A program made the position numbers and the translations under genes. A stretch of DNA of 64,000 nucleotides, from positions 48,603-112,602 of the forward strand of contig DLHY01000109.1 of NCBI GenBank assembly GCA_002483445.1. The letters run 5' to 3'. Shown here piece by piece: positions 62,916 through 64,000 of the stretch (its first letter is position 1; every line of letters starts with the position of its first letter). Under the pieces are notes generated by a model, which was given only the letters and a program-made list of their open reading frames with translations, searched no databases and was not told the DNA's origin. This stretch comes from Blastocatellia bacterium UBA7656. Lineage in GTDB: Bacteria > Acidobacteriota > Blastocatellia > UBA7656.

Positions 62916-62938
62916 ATAGTTCTTCCGGTATAAAAACG

Positions 62939-64000
62939 ATGATTCAACTCAATGAAGAAATCCGCGCCAGTCTCCAGTCCGCGCTCAAACGCGAATGGCT
63001 TGAAACCAACGGTTTGGGCGGGTTCGCTTCCTCGACCATCACGGGGCTGAACACGCGCCGTTATCACGGATTGCTGGTCGCAGCCACAAAACCTCCGGTC
63101 GGTCGAGCGGTTCTGCTGTCGAAGGTCGAAGAGACTCTCACACTAGACGGGCGCGCGTATGATCTTTCGGCCAATCAATATCCCGGCGCGATTCATCCGC
63201 AGGGCCACACGCTTTTGAAACAGTTTCGACTCGATCCGTTCCCGGTCTTCGTCTACGAAGTCGAAGGGGTGGAGATAGAAAAGTCTGTCTTCATGATTGA
63301 GGGCGAAAACAGCGTCGCGATTGAGTACCGGGCGAAGAGCATCGAGGGAAAGCAAATCTCGATGGAAGTTCGCCCACTCATCGCCTTCCGCGATTATCAC
63401 GCGACGATGCATGAAAATTCGTCGATTCGCTCCCACGTTCACATCGAATCGAATATCGCGAGCGTCTCGCCTTATGACAACATGCCTGCGCTGCATTTTG
63501 CGCACACTCAGGGAGAGATCGAGCCGTCGGGTCATTGGTATCGCGATTTTGAATATGAGGTCGAGCGCGAGCGCGGGCTTGATTTCACGGAAGACCTCTT
63601 CAATCCGTTCGTTTTGAAATTCGACTTGAACCGCGAAGCCGCGATCATCGCTTCGACTGAGCGGCGCGACATCAACCGCATAGATGAATATCGGAGCGCG
63701 GAGATTGCAAGACGCAGCGCGACAGAAAAATCATCGCCTGTGGATGACGACATCGTTCGCTCGCTCGTCGCGGCGGCGGATCAATACATAGTCGCGCGAG
63801 GCGAAGGCAAAACTGTTATCGCGGGTTATCACTGGTTCAGCGACTGGGGCCGCGACACGATGATCGCGCTTCCGGGGCTGACGCTCGTCACAAACCGCGC
63901 TGATGTGACGAGACAGATTCTTCTCGAATTCGCTCGCTGGCTGGATCGCGGGATGCTGCCGAACAGATTTCCCGACGAGGGCGAGACGCCTGAGTACAAC
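62939..64000 (+). CDS. Amylo-alpha-1,6-glucosidase / glycogen debranching enzyme (5' part; runs off window)
   Basis: Manual translation: MIQLNEE...REWLETNGLGGFASST...TRRYHGLL...TVIAGYHWFSDWGRDTMIALPGL; missing from the ORF track because there is no stop in the window. Confidence 0.92.
   Translation, partial: MIQLNEEIRASLQSALKREWLETNGLGGFASSTITGLNTRRYHGLLVAATKPPVGRAVLLSKVEETLTLDGRAYDLSANQYPGAIHPQGHTLLKQFRLDPFPVFVYEVEGVEIEKSVFMIEGENSVAIEYRAKSIEGKQISMEVRPLIAFRDYHATMHENSSIRSHVHIESNIASVSPYDNMPALHFAHTQGEIEPSGHWYRDFEYEVERERGLDFTEDLFNPFVLKFDLNREAAIIASTERRDINRIDEYRSAEIARRSATEKSSPVDDDIVRSLVAAADQYIVARGEGKTVIAGYHWFSDWGRDTMIALPGLTLVTNRADVTRQILLEFARWLDRGMLPNRFPDEGETPEYN

Overview
A GC-rich bacterial chromosome segment. 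Gene content (Oar-type TonB-dependent receptor, Ser/Thr kinase-TolB_N-TPR, many FG-GAP/ASPIC proteins, Hfq-like Sm protein) suggests Acidobacteriota, probably Blastocatellia; this is inference, not a database result. Core genes (uvrA, gmhA, ruvB, sbcD-like, hflX, pdxA, glycosyltransferases) are interleaved with accessory blocks: toxin-antitoxin fragments, a CheB-less chemosensory operon with a TonB-dependent receptor and TonB-C gene inside it, a TolB/FG-GAP/TPR/nitrilase cluster, and an aquaporin-GMC oxidoreductase-VOC-glucosidase-glucose dehydrogenase-debranching enzyme cluster. The strongest novel signal is at 38689-41487. Two ORFs there are in frame and separated only by TGA (40393-40395), followed 11 nt later by a 17-nt hairpin with a CAGGUC loop like the E. 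coli fdhF SECIS. This predicts a ~932-aa secreted FG-GAP/ASPIC-UnbV/TlpA-thioredoxin selenoprotein. Other points of note: hflX starts at a non-canonical ATC; a TA cassette is bracketed by a synonymously diverged duplication of a gene 3' end; an internally deleted amidohydrolase copy lacks the catalytic barrel; two loci share a near-identical promoter; and many heptamer-tandem palindromes occur, one family inside and next to a four-helix-bundle gene. No rRNA, tRNA, CRISPR array, integrase or transposase was seen.
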